DNA of 64,000 nucleotides from Peptococcaceae bacterium UBA6096 (GCA_002435905.1 DIWW01000002.1:26141-90140); one strand, 5' to 3'. Positions 10,678 through 21,373 are shown, counted from the stretch's first letter. Notes: generated from the letters alone by a model not told the origin. Made by a program: numbers and translations.

Positions 10678-12072
10678 ATGAAAAGATATATGTTATGGCT
10701 TTGGGTTTTTGTCATAATCCTGCTGGGCGGCTGCACTTTTGGGATGCGGCAGGACAAGGATGGGGATGGGACAGCGGCATTGACGGATACGCGGAAATAT
10801 ACGACCTTGCTGGTGTCGCTGAAAGACCCGCCGGCCGGATTGACGCCTGCCAAAGGCGATGGCACGGATGAAACCGCAGCCATCCAAGCGATTTTTGACT
10901 ATGCCGTTGAGAATCAAAAAATCATACTGATTCCGGCAAACGCTATCTTTGTCGTGGATGGGCTCCTGATCAGAGGAAAGCGGAATTTTTCAATTCTTGG
11001 TTATGGAACGTTGAAGCATAAGAAGGGAGGATCCGAAGCTATTTTAAAGATCAGCGAATGCAGCGGGTTTTCAGTCAGAATCTTGCATACGGATGGCAAT
11101 GTCAAAGAAAATTACAGCATTGAGGGAAAAGTTAATCAGAATCTGCATTCCCTGGCGATTTATAATAGCCATGATTTTAAGGTCGGAAGTTTGTATGACA
11201 TTAATCCGGCAGGGGACAGCTTATGCATGAATAATGTGGCCAATGCATCCATTGAATCCATCGATGCCAAAGCCGACGAACCTTCCGGACGCAATGCTTT
11301 AAGCATCACCAAAGCGCAATACATCACGATCAATTCGGTGGTCAGCGATAATGTGGGATATCGCGGAATGCCTGGAGGAATCGCCCTTGAACCGAATTAC
11401 AAAGAAGATCATATTCAAAATATCCTGATCCGGTCCGCTGTCATACGTTCCGGTGCTGAAAATGGTCTGGCCGTCACCAACAAAACAAGCGCAGTGGTCA
11501 AGGATATCGAGATCAACGCACAGATCACAAAGTTCAATCCATCTGAGTCCCAGGCTTTTAAGTTAAACAATATAGAGAATTTTAAGGGGAATGTGAAAGT
11601 CTATCAGGAAGGCGCAGACTTGTGCACGGGAGCCAGTATTACAGGGTGCAAGAATGTGAATGCCGACCTTGAAATATACAATTCCATCGTTGGATTGGGA
11701 ATCGGCAAGGATTCATTCAACCTCTATTTAACCGGAAAGATCATCGGCGCCCAGGAAGCTGGCCTGGTCATGTGGGAAGGCGTCAGCGACTGTACCATCG
11801 ACATGGAGATCAAACAGACCGGGCTCGATGGGAGAAATGGCAGAGTCAAAGTGACCGATAGGGTCGAAAATGTGGAGTTCAAAGGGGATTATTCATACGA
11901 TGGAACCGGCAGCTACTGTTTTTGGCTTGCCGGCATGATCATCAACAGTCATGCGGATCATCTGGATGCCGGCGGATGGGCGGTAAACAATTTGGTGACC
12001 GGCCCCAGTGCGGCGGATTTGTCAATTGACAGGGTTACAGCATCCCGGAAGGAGGTGTCCCAAGCGCCATAA
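10678..12072 (+). CDS. Lipoprotein with pectate-lyase-superfamily (right-handed beta-helix) domain
   Basis: Lipobox LLGGC after MKRYMLWLWVFVII. AKGDGTDETAAIQAIFDYA resembles the N-terminal motif of Pectate_lyase_3-type beta-helix proteins. The in-frame upstream extension from 10582 lacks an RBS. Confidence 0.6.
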   Translation: MKRYMLWLWVFVIILLGGCTFGMRQDKDGDGTAALTDTRKYTTLLVSLKDPPAGLTPAKGDGTDETAAIQAIFDYAVENQKIILIPANAIFVVDGLLIRGKRNFSILGYGTLKHKKGGSEAILKISECSGFSVRILHTDGNVKENYSIEGKVNQNLHSLAIYNSHDFKVGSLYDINPAGDSLCMNNVANASIESIDAKADEPSGRNALSITKAQYITINSVVSDNVGYRGMPGGIALEPNYKEDHIQNILIRSAVIRSGAENGLAVTNKTSAVVKDIEINAQITKFNPSESQAFKLNNIENFKGNVKVYQEGADLCTGASITGCKNVNADLEIYNSIVGLGIGKDSFNLYLTGKIIGAQEAGLVMWEGVSDCTIDMEIKQTGLDGRNGRVKVTDRVENVEFKGDYSYDGTGSYCFWLAGMIINSHADHLDAGGWAVNNLVTGPSAADLSIDRVTASRKEVSQAP

Positions 12073-12265
12073 AAGGAAAACGCAGCAGTTTTTCTTTAAT
12101 ATTTTATTTTATCGGTCAACACGATAAAATAATCTGCTTGAAGGCTAGGCAGCAACGGTCAGATAATACTGGAAAATTTATATGCGCATGGTATACTATT
12201 AATAAGTAAGTTTTTATGAAGACTGCCCATGAATCTTATTAAAAGACGGAGAGGGAGTGTTCTGT

Positions 12266-12601
12266 ATGAAGAAGAGATCGAATGAATTCAACGTCAATAA
12301 TAAATTCTGGTATAGAGGCGGCAAGTTGAATCAAAAACGTCCTGTGGAAATGACAGAAGAAGAAATTGCCCATATTGCACGGTGTGATGGCGAGAAAGCC
12401 GGACATGTCTGCAAAAATCCGGTCTTCCGATGCTCAGAATGCGGCAACTATGGCTGCGCCCAGGAAGTTGCCGAAAAATGCACTGCACAAGGGTTTAAAA
12501 ATGATATCTGCCTGCACTGCGGCGAAAAAGACAGCCGGATCCCGATCATGGAAGACGAATTACCGAAGTATATCGCTGAGTGGGAAAAAAACGACATATA
12601 A
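12266..12601 (+). CDS. Small Cys-rich (putative zinc-binding) protein
   Basis: ~111 aa. Cys pairs include CKNPVFRCSECGNYGC and ICLHCG. GGAGAGGGAG RBS upstream. Confidence 0.5.
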   Translation: MKKRSNEFNVNNKFWYRGGKLNQKRPVEMTEEEIAHIARCDGEKAGHVCKNPVFRCSECGNYGCAQEVAEKCTAQGFKNDICLHCGEKDSRIPIMEDELPKYIAEWEKNDI

Positions 12602-12611
12602 AGTGGTCAAG

Positions 12612-12648
12612 ATAGACAAAATGGCACTTCGAGTGCCATTTTGTCTAT
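12612..12648 (+). terminator. Rho-independent terminator
   Basis: ATAGACAAAATGGCACT-TCG-AGTGCCATTTTGTCTAT, a perfect 17-bp stem. Confidence 0.75.
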
Positions 12649-12909
12649 GGAAAGCAAGGATTATTTAAGGCGCCGGATGTTGCCGGAATCCTGCTTCATT
12701 GAGTCACTGGAGATTACTGTTGAACGGCGGAACAAATTGCAGTCATTCGGAGTCTAATACAAGAGAGATCTTGATCGCTGGATGTCGAAGAAACCATGAC
12801 GATAGATCTTTGGATTTGCGATGGTTTTGCTGTTGATCGTTGAAACTGGAAGGTTTCTTGCGACCGGCGGCTTTAAAAAAACATAAACATAAAAAGGAGT
12901 GGAGAATAG

Positions 12910-15348
12910 ATGGGAAAGAAGTATTTAGGAGCTATGATTGTTTTCGTCCTATGGCTTTTTTTGCTGCCAATGACGGCCTACGCTGCAGTCAGCAATGTAT
13001 CGGTGGATGTGGCGCCGCTGACGGTGGGCACCGCTGCGGCCTACAGCATTAATTTTACCACAGGCACGGCAGGCGCCTTGACCGGCGGGACGGACACCAT
13101 CACCATCAGCTTCCCGTCGGGGTCAACCGTTCCAAGCTCCATATCCACAAGCCACATCAAGGTGAATGGTGTGGAGCCAGCTGCTGTGGCTCGCAGCAGT
13201 ACGGACCCAACGGTGACTATCACGCTGGCCTCCGGTTTTGATATCGGCGCTGACTCGACGGTCATTGTACACTTTGATCCCACTGCGGACATCAAAAATC
13301 CATCAGTTCCTGGTTTATACAAAATAACGGCTAAAACCTCAAAGGAGCCTGAAGTCGTTGCATCGAACGAGTATGAGGTGATTGCACCGAACAGCAGCAT
13401 CAGCAGTCTCAACATCACCCCTTCGACTTACTCCACCGGCGCCGCCGCGGAATATAACATTGTTTTCAAGACCAGCACGGCAGGCGCCTTAAGCAGCGGA
13501 GACTATATTTACCTGCAATTTCCTGAAGCCTACACGCTGCCTTCCTCCATATACACCAGCCGGATCGAAGTCAACGGCAGGACCCCGAGCGCAGTGACGG
13601 TGACCAATACGGGAGATCCGGAAGTGATTGGCATCCGTTTGTCCAGCAGCATCGGAAACAGCACCACTGTCACGGTGACCATCGAGGCTGCCGCGAACAT
13701 TATAAATCCAGCCGCAGAAGGCAGCTATGTGTTGTCGGTCTATACGGAAGCCGATACGGTTCCTGTCACCGATACCCTTGCCATTGCGCAGAGCATCAGC
13801 AAGCCCGCGGTGACCTTGGGATCCTATGCAGCCAACACAGCCACCCAATGGACGGTCAAGTTTTATGTCAGCGCTAATGGCGCTTTGACCGGCGGCAGCG
13901 ATACCATCAATTTGAAATTTCCGGGAGAAGCTTATTTGCCAAGTTCCATCAGCACCAGCAATATCACGGTCAACGGGTCTTCGGCTGCAAATATTGTGGT
14001 GAACCGAACAACGGATATCGTGACAGTCACTATGCCGGCCAGTAAAAATGTGGCAAACAGCGGACTTGTCACGCTCATCATCAAGAGTGCTGCCGGCGTC
14101 AGAACACCGGATACCTCCGGCAGTTACTATATGAACGTCAGCACTTCAGAGGATTCTATCTATGTTCGATCCAATGCGATTGTGATCGCGGAAGCTTCGC
14201 TCACTTCTTTGGATGTTGATCTATCCAATTACAACGCAGGTGAGTACGCTGACATCGACATGACCTTTTATGTCAGCGCCAACGGTGCCTTGAACGGCAC
14301 CACCGATACCATCTCCATTGAGTTCCCCTCAGGCTTTGATCTGCCCAGCGGCACCCTGACAAAATCTTATATGACGGTCAATGGCCGGGCGGTTTATGAT
14401 TATGATCTTTATACCAGCCGTCTGGTTCTCACGGTACCCTCGGATATCAGCAGCGGCGGCAAGGTGACGGTACATCTTGATGATGCCTTGAAGATAAGGA
14501 ATCCCCTGACCGCCGGCGATTACAACCTGGTCGTTTATACCTCCCAGGATCCGGGAGAGGTGACCAGCAACAAACTGACCATTGCGGGTACTCCGCCTAC
14601 GGTCACCCTGACCAACAGCGCAGTCGGTGCGAATTCTCAATACAGCATCAGCTTCTATACTGAGGCCGATGGCGCTTTAAGTTATGGTGACACCATCCGC
14701 GTCCGGTTCCCTTCGGGAACCACGGTGCCCAGCAGCATATCCACGGCCAATGTGACGGTGAACGGCACAAGAGCATCCACGGTCACTGTCAGCGGTTACA
14801 ATGTGACGGTCCGAATGCCCGACAGTCTGAGCATCAGCAGCAACAGCAGGGCAACCATCGTGTTCAGTGCCGCGGCAGGTATTAAAAATCCTTCATCCAC
14901 AGGAACAAACTATCTTTATGTGTTGACCTCCGAGGAGAATGTGGAGCGGAGGTCAGCCGGTTATACTATCACCAGCAGCAGACTGGTCATTCTTACCATT
15001 GGCAGCTTAAGGGCCACCATTGATGGCCAGCCTTATACTTTGGATGCGGCTCCCACCATTATCAACAACTTTACGGTGGTTCCCATTCGTTTTGTGGGAG
15101 ATGCTTTGGGCGCTAAGACTTCTTGGGACGAGGCGACCCGGTCGGTTCGGGTCGAATACAATTCCAAGGTAATCACCTTCATTATTGGATTGCGTACCGC
15201 CATCGTTGACGGCGTTGCAGTCAATTTGGATGTGCCGGCGACCATCATCAACAGCCGGACCATGATTCCCCTCCGATTCATCAGCGAGAGTTACGGCGCA
15301 AAGGTCGATTGGGACAGTGCGACCCGACAGATCACAATCACCCGGTAG
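12910..15348 (+). CDS. Secreted cell-surface protein: five ~130-aa tandem domains plus C-terminal copper-amine-oxidase-N-terminal-like (stalk) domain
   Basis: Signal peptide ..LLPMTAYA. Five repeats share Y-I-F-T--GAL-GG-DTI-I-FPSG---PSSISTS-I-VNG ... NP---G-Y-L-V-TS. The C-terminal ~124 aa contain two VVPIRF/MIPLRF...GAKV-WD half-repeats typical of the Cu_amine_oxidN1 domain. Confidence 0.75.
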   Translation: MGKKYLGAMIVFVLWLFLLPMTAYAAVSNVSVDVAPLTVGTAAAYSINFTTGTAGALTGGTDTITISFPSGSTVPSSISTSHIKVNGVEPAAVARSSTDPTVTITLASGFDIGADSTVIVHFDPTADIKNPSVPGLYKITAKTSKEPEVVASNEYEVIAPNSSISSLNITPSTYSTGAAAEYNIVFKTSTAGALSSGDYIYLQFPEAYTLPSSIYTSRIEVNGRTPSAVTVTNTGDPEVIGIRLSSSIGNSTTVTVTIEAAANIINPAAEGSYVLSVYTEADTVPVTDTLAIAQSISKPAVTLGSYAANTATQWTVKFYVSANGALTGGSDTINLKFPGEAYLPSSISTSNITVNGSSAANIVVNRTTDIVTVTMPASKNVANSGLVTLIIKSAAGVRTPDTSGSYYMNVSTSEDSIYVRSNAIVIAEASLTSLDVDLSNYNAGEYADIDMTFYVSANGALNGTTDTISIEFPSGFDLPSGTLTKSYMTVNGRAVYDYDLYTSRLVLTVPSDISSGGKVTVHLDDALKIRNPLTAGDYNLVVYTSQDPGEVTSNKLTIAGTPPTVTLTNSAVGANSQYSISFYTEADGALSYGDTIRVRFPSGTTVPSSISTANVTVNGTRASTVTVSGYNVTVRMPDSLSISSNSRATIVFSAAAGIKNPSSTGTNYLYVLTSEENVERRSAGYTITSSRLVILTIGSLRATIDGQPYTLDAAPTIINNFTVVPIRFVGDALGAKTSWDEATRSVRVEYNSKVITFIIGLRTAIVDGVAVNLDVPATIINSRTMIPLRFISESYGAKVDWDSATRQITITR

Positions 15349-15421
15349 TTTGGTCTGTCCATAAAGATGGGTTTGCGATCGAGCTCATCGGTCTTTGATC
15401 AAGGGCGTACATCATGCAGTC

Positions 15422-15451
15422 GGAAGCCGCTGACGAAAGTCAGCGGCTTCC
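15422..15451 (+). terminator. Terminator-like hairpin (GAAA tetraloop, weak U tract)
   Basis: GGAAGCCGCTGAC-GAAA-GTCAGCGGCTTCC. Confidence 0.6.
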
Positions 15452-15606
15452 TCATCCATCCATCGATTCAGCTAACAGGCAGAGAATCGAAAGGGTGCCT
15501 GCGAAAGTTCCCTCCTGGATAAAATGATATGACGAGCCTTGAATGATAAGAACAATTTCGTTAAGATAAGCAAGAAGGTTGAATAGGAAATTCAGGGGGG
15601 GCTATT

Positions 15607-16239
15607 ATGTACTTATTTTTTGCCCGTTTGACTCGATGCCTGCTGCGTATTGTGAACGGGAAGACGACGTATTTACATCAAGACAGAATCCCGGAACAAA
15701 TCAATTATGTGATGGCAGCCCCTCATCGTACGTATTTAGATGCGGCCTATATCGCGACAGCCCTTTATCCAAGAGAGATCGCCTTTCTAGCGAAGCAGGA
15801 TCTATTTTCAAATCGATTTTTGACATGGCTGCTGACAAAGGTTCATGCGATTCCCGTAAATCGGGAAAATCCAGGAACCAATGTGATTAGACAGCCGGTT
15901 CGTGTTTTAAGAGAAGGCAAAATGAGCGTCGGGATTTTTCCTTCCGGAAGCCGCGGCAAAATGGAAATTAAAGGCGGTGCAGCTTTGATTGCCAAAATGG
16001 GTAAAGTGCCCATTTTGCCAGTTGTTTATGATGGGCCATTAACACTGAAAGATATCTTCGCAAGACGCCCTGCTTATGTGAATATCGGTGAATTGATTTA
16101 TCTGAAGGAGGAACCAAAGCTGGGAAAAGAGGAAGCAGAAGATATAGCCGGTCAAGTGCTGCAAGCTTTTCAACAGTTGACCGATGAGATCATGGTTCTA
16201 AGAAATCAGAGAGAAATGATCAGATCGAAGCAGCGATGA
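15607..16239 (+). CDS. plsC: 1-acyl-sn-glycerol-3-phosphate acyltransferase family (PlsC-like)
   Basis: HX4D motif (PHRTYLD) and FPSGSRG motif of lysophospholipid acyltransferases. Confidence 0.75.
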   Translation: MYLFFARLTRCLLRIVNGKTTYLHQDRIPEQINYVMAAPHRTYLDAAYIATALYPREIAFLAKQDLFSNRFLTWLLTKVHAIPVNRENPGTNVIRQPVRVLREGKMSVGIFPSGSRGKMEIKGGAALIAKMGKVPILPVVYDGPLTLKDIFARRPAYVNIGELIYLKEEPKLGKEEAEDIAGQVLQAFQQLTDEIMVLRNQREMIRSKQR

Positions 16240-16352
16240 GGATTCACAAAATAATGACATCATGGTAAACTAATATCAGAAAATTAACAAAAAAACGTAT
16301 CATAATGATTGAAACAACACGTTTCCCTGTGATTTTGATAGGAGATAGAATC

Positions 16353-17135
16353 ATGGAGACAAAGGCCATCAATCAAAAACAAAAGGAAATTTATGCCCAA
16401 TGGGAGCAGAGCTCCATGGACAGGTTTTGCAAAAACTATTCAAGACTGATCGATCGCCTGCAGGAACGCGAATCCATATCGATCTTGGATATCGGCGGGG
16501 CCACAGGCTATTTTGCCAATGCTTTAGCCGTTCTTCTCAGCGACAAATCCAAGGTATCTGTCTGCGTGGTCGATGCGGTCAAGTATGAGCCTTGGGAGAA
16601 TCTTACGAACAAGGTCCAGTTTATCCAGGCAGATGCTTTGACGTTGAAGCATTTATTTGAAAAGGAAACCTTTGACTGCATTTTTGCCAATCGCATATTT
16701 CATCATCTGGTATCCCATTCATGGGTTGAGTCAGTGAAAAATATGCATACCTTATGCGAACAGGTCTATGACCTTTTAAAACAGGATGGGTATTTTGCTG
16801 TGACCGACCATTACTACGAAGGGATCATTTGGGACGAAATCACGAGCAAACTATTGTATCAGTACACATCACATAATAAGCGCATGATTCAAAAGCTGCT
16901 TTACCAGATGGGTGCGAAATCCGCCGGCACCGGTGTATGCATGCTGTCAGAAAAAATGTGGTATACCATGCTGGAAAGCACCGGATTTTTGATCGAAAAC
17001 GAATTGGCATCCCCTGGGGCCTGGAGAAACCTTGAATGGTATAAAGCCTTCGGCCTTCTTAATAAAAGGTACAGCCTGGACAATGTTATGGTCTGCACTA
17101 AAAAACAACATGAACCGGGCAGGGATTGTATCTAA
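16353..17135 (+). CDS. Class I SAM-dependent methyltransferase
   Basis: Motif I ILDIGGATGYF. ATG 16353 is preceded by GGAG. Confidence 0.75.
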   Translation: METKAINQKQKEIYAQWEQSSMDRFCKNYSRLIDRLQERESISILDIGGATGYFANALAVLLSDKSKVSVCVVDAVKYEPWENLTNKVQFIQADALTLKHLFEKETFDCIFANRIFHHLVSHSWVESVKNMHTLCEQVYDLLKQDGYFAVTDHYYEGIIWDEITSKLLYQYTSHNKRMIQKLLYQMGAKSAGTGVCMLSEKMWYTMLESTGFLIENELASPGAWRNLEWYKAFGLLNKRYSLDNVMVCTKKQHEPGRDCI

Positions 17136-17251
17136 GTCAAGCTCTAAGTCAAAAGCTTAAAAAGATTCGAGGAGCCCATTCCTTGCACATGGAAGGGAAC
17201 CTGGTATATAATCAGAATAATAAGAATATTGCAAAAAAAGGAGGGGCTTTT

Positions 17252-17644
17252 ATGGAACATATTAAAAAACTGAGTGATATGATAGACAATATAGCAATCC
17301 TGGACCAATACCTTCAGGATCCGGCCAAGCAAGATTTTGCGCTGAAGCTGATCAAAGAAGGAACATGTTTTGTTGCTGTAAAAAAAGACCAGGGGTATCG
17401 CTTTTACCCTAGCCGTTACATTGGCTTTAAGGACAACAGCGACGACGCCTATATCAAATATAATATCGAAGAAGGAAAAGATGCCAGCCCGATCATCAGT
17501 CAGATATTAAGACATAATCCCAAGGCGTCTCAGGATATGGAAACTGCCTACAAGGTATATTGCGAAACGCTGGGCTTCGTTGCAAACGAAAAAGGAAATG
17601 ACGGCGCTGAGCATAAATATTGGATCATTGGCCTCGAAGAATGA
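17252..17644 (+). CDS. Hypothetical protein
   Basis: 130 aa from an ATG preceded by AAAGGAGGGG. The promoter-like TTGCAC-18-TATAAT at 17183-17212 lies inside the longer ORF-track version, so the short form is preferred. Confidence 0.5.
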   Translation: MEHIKKLSDMIDNIAILDQYLQDPAKQDFALKLIKEGTCFVAVKKDQGYRFYPSRYIGFKDNSDDAYIKYNIEEGKDASPIISQILRHNPKASQDMETAYKVYCETLGFVANEKGNDGAEHKYWIIGLEE

Positions 17645-17789
17645 TTCGCGTCAATTGAATCGTCACTGAAATGCGCCGGCACTTAAGGCTGCTCGATGAG
17701 GCCAAAAGCGCCGGCGCATGGTGTTTATGGGGGGCGATGGGCACTCCATAGAACTGCCGGTCTGTCCAAAAGGTTAAATGCTGTTCTTT

Positions 17790-17830
17790 CATTTCATTCG
17801 TATCCTGAAAGCCAGGATACGAATGAAATG
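17790..17830. terminator. Perfect 18-bp hairpin between convergent genes (probable bidirectional terminator)
   Basis: CATTTCATTCGTATCCTG-AAAGC-CAGGATACGAATGAAATG. Confidence 0.6.
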
Positions 17831-17899
17831 CGTTTGTTACCATGTTTTACCCCGTTGGTTTTATTCATCGTGCTTTATCGTGAGCGTCAAGCGAATCAA

Positions 17900-19270
17900 T
17901 CAGTATTTGTCGCTTGCAGAAAACATGGGTGACGTATCGGAAAGAGGAGCTGGACCATTGCCATAGGGGGCAATTTGTTTGACTGACGTGGTGGATAGAG
18001 AGGAAAGCTGCTCACCCATGTCTTTAAGTTTGAATTTATGGACCATGTCCCTCAGCATGAAGGCCTGTCCGGAAAGCTCTTCGCTGGCTGCGGCGCTTTC
18101 TTCGGAGGTCGCAGAATTGGTTTGGATCACGGAGGAGATCTGCTCGATGCCTTGGTTGATCTGTGTGACCGCACAGGCTTGTTCATTGGAAGCCGCGGCA
18201 ATCAATTCGATCAAGGCAGCGGACCTTTCCGCACCATCGACCACATCTTGCAGGGACCTGGCGGTTTGATCGGCAATCTTTGTGCCCCTTGCAACGGCAG
18301 TGATGGAGCTCTCAATCAGCACGGTGGTGTTTTTAGCAGCTTCCGCGCTTTTGCTGGCAAGATTTCGCACTTCATCGGCGACCACCGCAAAGCCTTTTCC
18401 CGCGGCGCCTGCCCTGGCAGCTTCCACAGCAGCGTTCAGCGCCAGGATATTGGTCTGGAATGCAATATCATCGATGGTTCTGATGATTTTGCTGATTTCA
18501 TTGGAGGTGTCGCTGATTTCCGCCATGGCTTTGATCATCGTCTGCATTTGCACGTTGCTTTCCTTGACCTCCTTACCCGACTGGGAGGCAAGCTGCTCGG
18601 CTTCCAATGCGTTTTTGGCATTGTTCTTGATTTGCTGGGAGATTTCAGCGATGGTGGCGGAAAGCTCTTCGATGGAGCTGGCTTGCTCTGTAGCGCCCTG
18701 GGACAGAGCTTGGGCACCGCTGGATACCTGCTCGGACCCGGCGGCCACCTGACGGGCACTTTGGCGGATCTGCTGCATGGTTTCATTGAGTGACTGTATG
18801 ATGGCCTTGGTGGAGGTCTCCAACCCTTTGAAATCCCCTTTGTACACACGGGTCATTGTGGTGGCGTAATCGCCTTTGGCGATTTCCCCAAGATGATACG
18901 AAACGTCGGAGATGGCACTGTTTAAAGCTTGGACCACCAAGTCCAATGAGGATAACAGGACGGCCGTTTCGTCTTTGTTGGCGGTGGTGGGTACCGCAGT
19001 GGTCAAATCGCCCTGGGACAGCAGGCGCAGCCTTTCAGCACAGGCCTTGATCGGATGGGCGATGCTGTTGGCCATTTGCAGGGAAAAGACTGAACTGATC
19101 CCCGTCAGGACCAGCCCAGACAAAACGATATAGATGAGGGAGGCCGTGCGGCCGATGGCGCCTGAATGACTTTGGTTGTTCAAATAAACGCTGATCAGAC
19201 TGGCCACAACAACGACGGCAGCGGTCGTGAAGACAGAATTGAAAAGGATTTTGGTGCGGATGTTTTTCAT
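17900..19270 (-). CDS. Methyl-accepting chemotaxis protein
   Basis: Two TM segments, a HAMP-like region and the highly conserved signalling hairpin [37 protein letters not shown]. Confidence 0.9.
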   Translation of the reverse strand: MKNIRTKILFNSVFTTAAVVVVASLISVYLNNQSHSGAIGRTASLIYIVLSGLVLTGISSVFSLQMANSIAHPIKACAERLRLLSQGDLTTAVPTTANKDETAVLLSSLDLVVQALNSAISDVSYHLGEIAKGDYATTMTRVYKGDFKGLETSTKAIIQSLNETMQQIRQSARQVAAGSEQVSSGAQALSQGATEQASSIEELSATIAEISQQIKNNAKNALEAEQLASQSGKEVKESNVQMQTMIKAMAEISDTSNEISKIIRTIDDIAFQTNILALNAAVEAARAGAAGKGFAVVADEVRNLASKSAEAAKNTTVLIESSITAVARGTKIADQTARSLQDVVDGAERSAALIELIAAASNEQACAVTQINQGIEQISSVIQTNSATSEESAAASEELSGQAFMLRDMVHKFKLKDMGEQLSSLSTTSVKQIAPYGNGPAPLSDTSPMFSASDKY

Positions 19271-19523
19271 TGGATTGACACACTCCTTGTTTGGTATAGG
19301 TTGTAATCAATAGGCCCTATCTTACTTATCGGCCTTCATTTTGCAGAATATAGTGCTTTTTAAATTAATTGCCGATCTTTTCGATCGATCCGTGTCGTAA
19401 TGAGAATGTTAAATAATTCACAATCCCAGGGCGGTTTAAGCCCTGTGGTTGTGTCTGCTGCCGGAGTTTGTTAAGATGAGATGGAATGCAAGAAAAAAAT
19501 CCACGGAAGGCGCTGATGGGATC

Positions 19524-20702
19524 ATGCAATACAGAAAAGATAAAAAAGGGAACGACCTGTCCATCCTGGGCTATGGTTGTATGCGGTTTACGAAAAAAGG
19601 CAGAAGCATCGATCTTGATAAGGCAGAAAAGGAAATCATGACCGCGATCCAAGGCGGTGTCAATTATTTTGATACAGCTTATATTTATCCGGGCAGTGAA
19701 GCGGCCTTGGGACAGATCCTTTTCAGAAACGGCTGCCGGGAACGGGTCAAGATCGCCACGAAACTACCTCATTATCTGGTCAAATCCAGAGAAGGCGCGG
19801 ATAAGCTGTTTGCTGAACAATTAAAACGTTTAAAAACGGACCATGTGGAATACTACCTGATGCATATGCTGACCGACATCGAAACCTGGAACAGGTTATG
19901 CTGCCTCGGCATCATAGAATGGATCAATGAGAAATTGGAAAGCGGCCAAATTAGGAACATTGGGTTTTCATATCATGGAAATTCGGACATGTTTCTTAAA
20001 CTAGTGGACGCTTACCCCTGGGATTTTTGCCAGATCCAATACAATTACATGGATGTGAACAGCCAGGCAGGAAAAAGAGGTTTGCAGTATGCTCATGAAA
20101 AGGGACTGCCTGTGATCATCATGGAACCCCTTCGGGGCGGCAGACTGGCTGATCTGCTGCCAAAATCGGCCAAGGAGATCATCGGAAAAAGTAAAAGCAA
20201 TTATACCCCTGCAGAGCTGGCGCTTCGCTGGCTGTGGAACCAGGAGGAGGTCACCTGCGTTCTGTCGGGGATGAATTCCGTTGAAATGGTGGAGGAAAAC
20301 ATGAGGGTCGCCGCAGACGCATTTCCGGGAACACTGACGGAAGTTGATCTCGCGCTGGTGGAAAAAGTCAGGCATGAAATCAGTCTGAAGAACAAAGTGG
20401 GCTGCACCGGCTGTGGCTACTGCGTGCCCTGTCCGCTGGGCGTGGATATTCCCGGGACCTTCCGCGCTTACAATCTCCTTTCCACCGAGGGAGAAAGGGT
20501 TGCCAAAAAGGAATATCTCATGTGCACGGCCATGCGGCGCAGACCATCCAGTGCTTCTCAATGCGTCCAATGCGGAAAATGCGAACCCCATTGCCCGCAG
20601 CATATTGCCATCCGCAAGGAGCTGAAAAACGCCGCCAAAGAATTGGAAACCCCCTTCTATCGATTTGCGAAAAAAATGGTATCGATATTTAAAATATATT
20701 AA
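19524..20702 (+). CDS. Aldo/keto reductase with C-terminal 4Fe-4S ferredoxin-type domain
   Basis: The N-terminus MQYRKDKKGNDLSILGYGCMRF and DTAYIYPGSE are AKR-like. C-terminal CTGCGYCVPCP and CVQCGKCEPHCP cluster motifs. Confidence 0.8.
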   Translation: MQYRKDKKGNDLSILGYGCMRFTKKGRSIDLDKAEKEIMTAIQGGVNYFDTAYIYPGSEAALGQILFRNGCRERVKIATKLPHYLVKSREGADKLFAEQLKRLKTDHVEYYLMHMLTDIETWNRLCCLGIIEWINEKLESGQIRNIGFSYHGNSDMFLKLVDAYPWDFCQIQYNYMDVNSQAGKRGLQYAHEKGLPVIIMEPLRGGRLADLLPKSAKEIIGKSKSNYTPAELALRWLWNQEEVTCVLSGMNSVEMVEENMRVAADAFPGTLTEVDLALVEKVRHEISLKNKVGCTGCGYCVPCPLGVDIPGTFRAYNLLSTEGERVAKKEYLMCTAMRRRPSSASQCVQCGKCEPHCPQHIAIRKELKNAAKELETPFYRFAKKMVSIFKIY

Positions 20703-20723
20703 AGCATTTTGAATCAGAAGGCG

Positions 20724-20769
20724 CATATCAAAGACTCCCGGAATCGTATCTCCGGGAGTCTTTGATATG
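20724..20769. terminator. Bidirectional terminator between convergent genes
   Basis: CATATCAAAGACTCCCGGA-loop-TCCGGGAGTCTTTGATATG, a 19-bp stem. Confidence 0.75.
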
Positions 20770-20785
20770 TGAAAATATGACGGTC

Positions 20786-21346
20786 TTAATTTAGAAGGAG
20801 AAGATGCTGCAGCAAAACCTTGGTCCCCAGCAAAATCAGGATCGTGCCGCCAAAGAGCTCTGCCGTGGATTTATATTTTGCACCGAATATATTGCCGATT
20901 TTAATACCGAGCCATGAAAAGCAAAAAGTGGTTATTCCGATGAAACTGATGGCAGGAAGGATATCCACCTGTAAAACCGCAAAGGTGATGCCGATCACCA
21001 GGGCATCGATACTGGTCGCAACCGCCAAAGGAAACATGGTCTTGAAATCAAAGGATTCATTCAGGTTCTCCGCGGCGCACCGGGATTCCCGAATCATGGC
21101 TGCACCGATGATCCCCAGAAGAACAAAAGCCACCCAATGATCGAATCGTGTGATAAAAACATGGAATCGTGAACCTAAAAAATAACCGATCAAGGGCATC
21201 AGCGCCTGAAAACCGCCAAAATAAAACCCAACGATGGACGCATTCTTGAAACTGACGCTTTTAACCGAGAGACCTTTGCATACGGAAACCGCAAAAGCAT
21301 CCATAGACACCCCGATGGCAATTAAAAGTAATTCCCATAGACTCAT
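20786..21346 (-). CDS. mntP: Manganese efflux pump MntP
   Basis: The N-terminus MSLWELLLIAIGVSMDAFAVS and the internal repeat SIDALVIGITF are typical of the MntP/YebN family. Confidence 0.85.
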   Translation of the reverse strand: MSLWELLLIAIGVSMDAFAVSVCKGLSVKSVSFKNASIVGFYFGGFQALMPLIGYFLGSRFHVFITRFDHWVAFVLLGIIGAAMIRESRCAAENLNESFDFKTMFPLAVATSIDALVIGITFAVLQVDILPAISFIGITTFCFSWLGIKIGNIFGAKYKSTAELFGGTILILLGTKVLLQHLLLLN

Positions 21347-21373
21347 GATTTGTCCTCCTTTTTGAATAAGATG

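Noticed and set aside
16240-17650. This segment (methyltransferase plus hypothetical gene) appears more AT-rich than its surroundings, suggesting a small acquired island.
   Set aside because: This is an impression by eye only, since I could not compute GC content or codon statistics. No integrase, transposase, flanking repeats or tRNA are present.
17696-17966. Small ORFs (62-78 aa) in the convergent intergenic region.
   Set aside because: They span the terminator hairpins, lack RBSs, and overlap the 3' end of the MCP gene.
20001-20726. 241-aa minus-strand ORF overlapping the aldo/keto reductase gene.
   Set aside because: It is antisense to a motif-supported CDS. Its end overlaps the bidirectional terminator, and it has no family resemblance.
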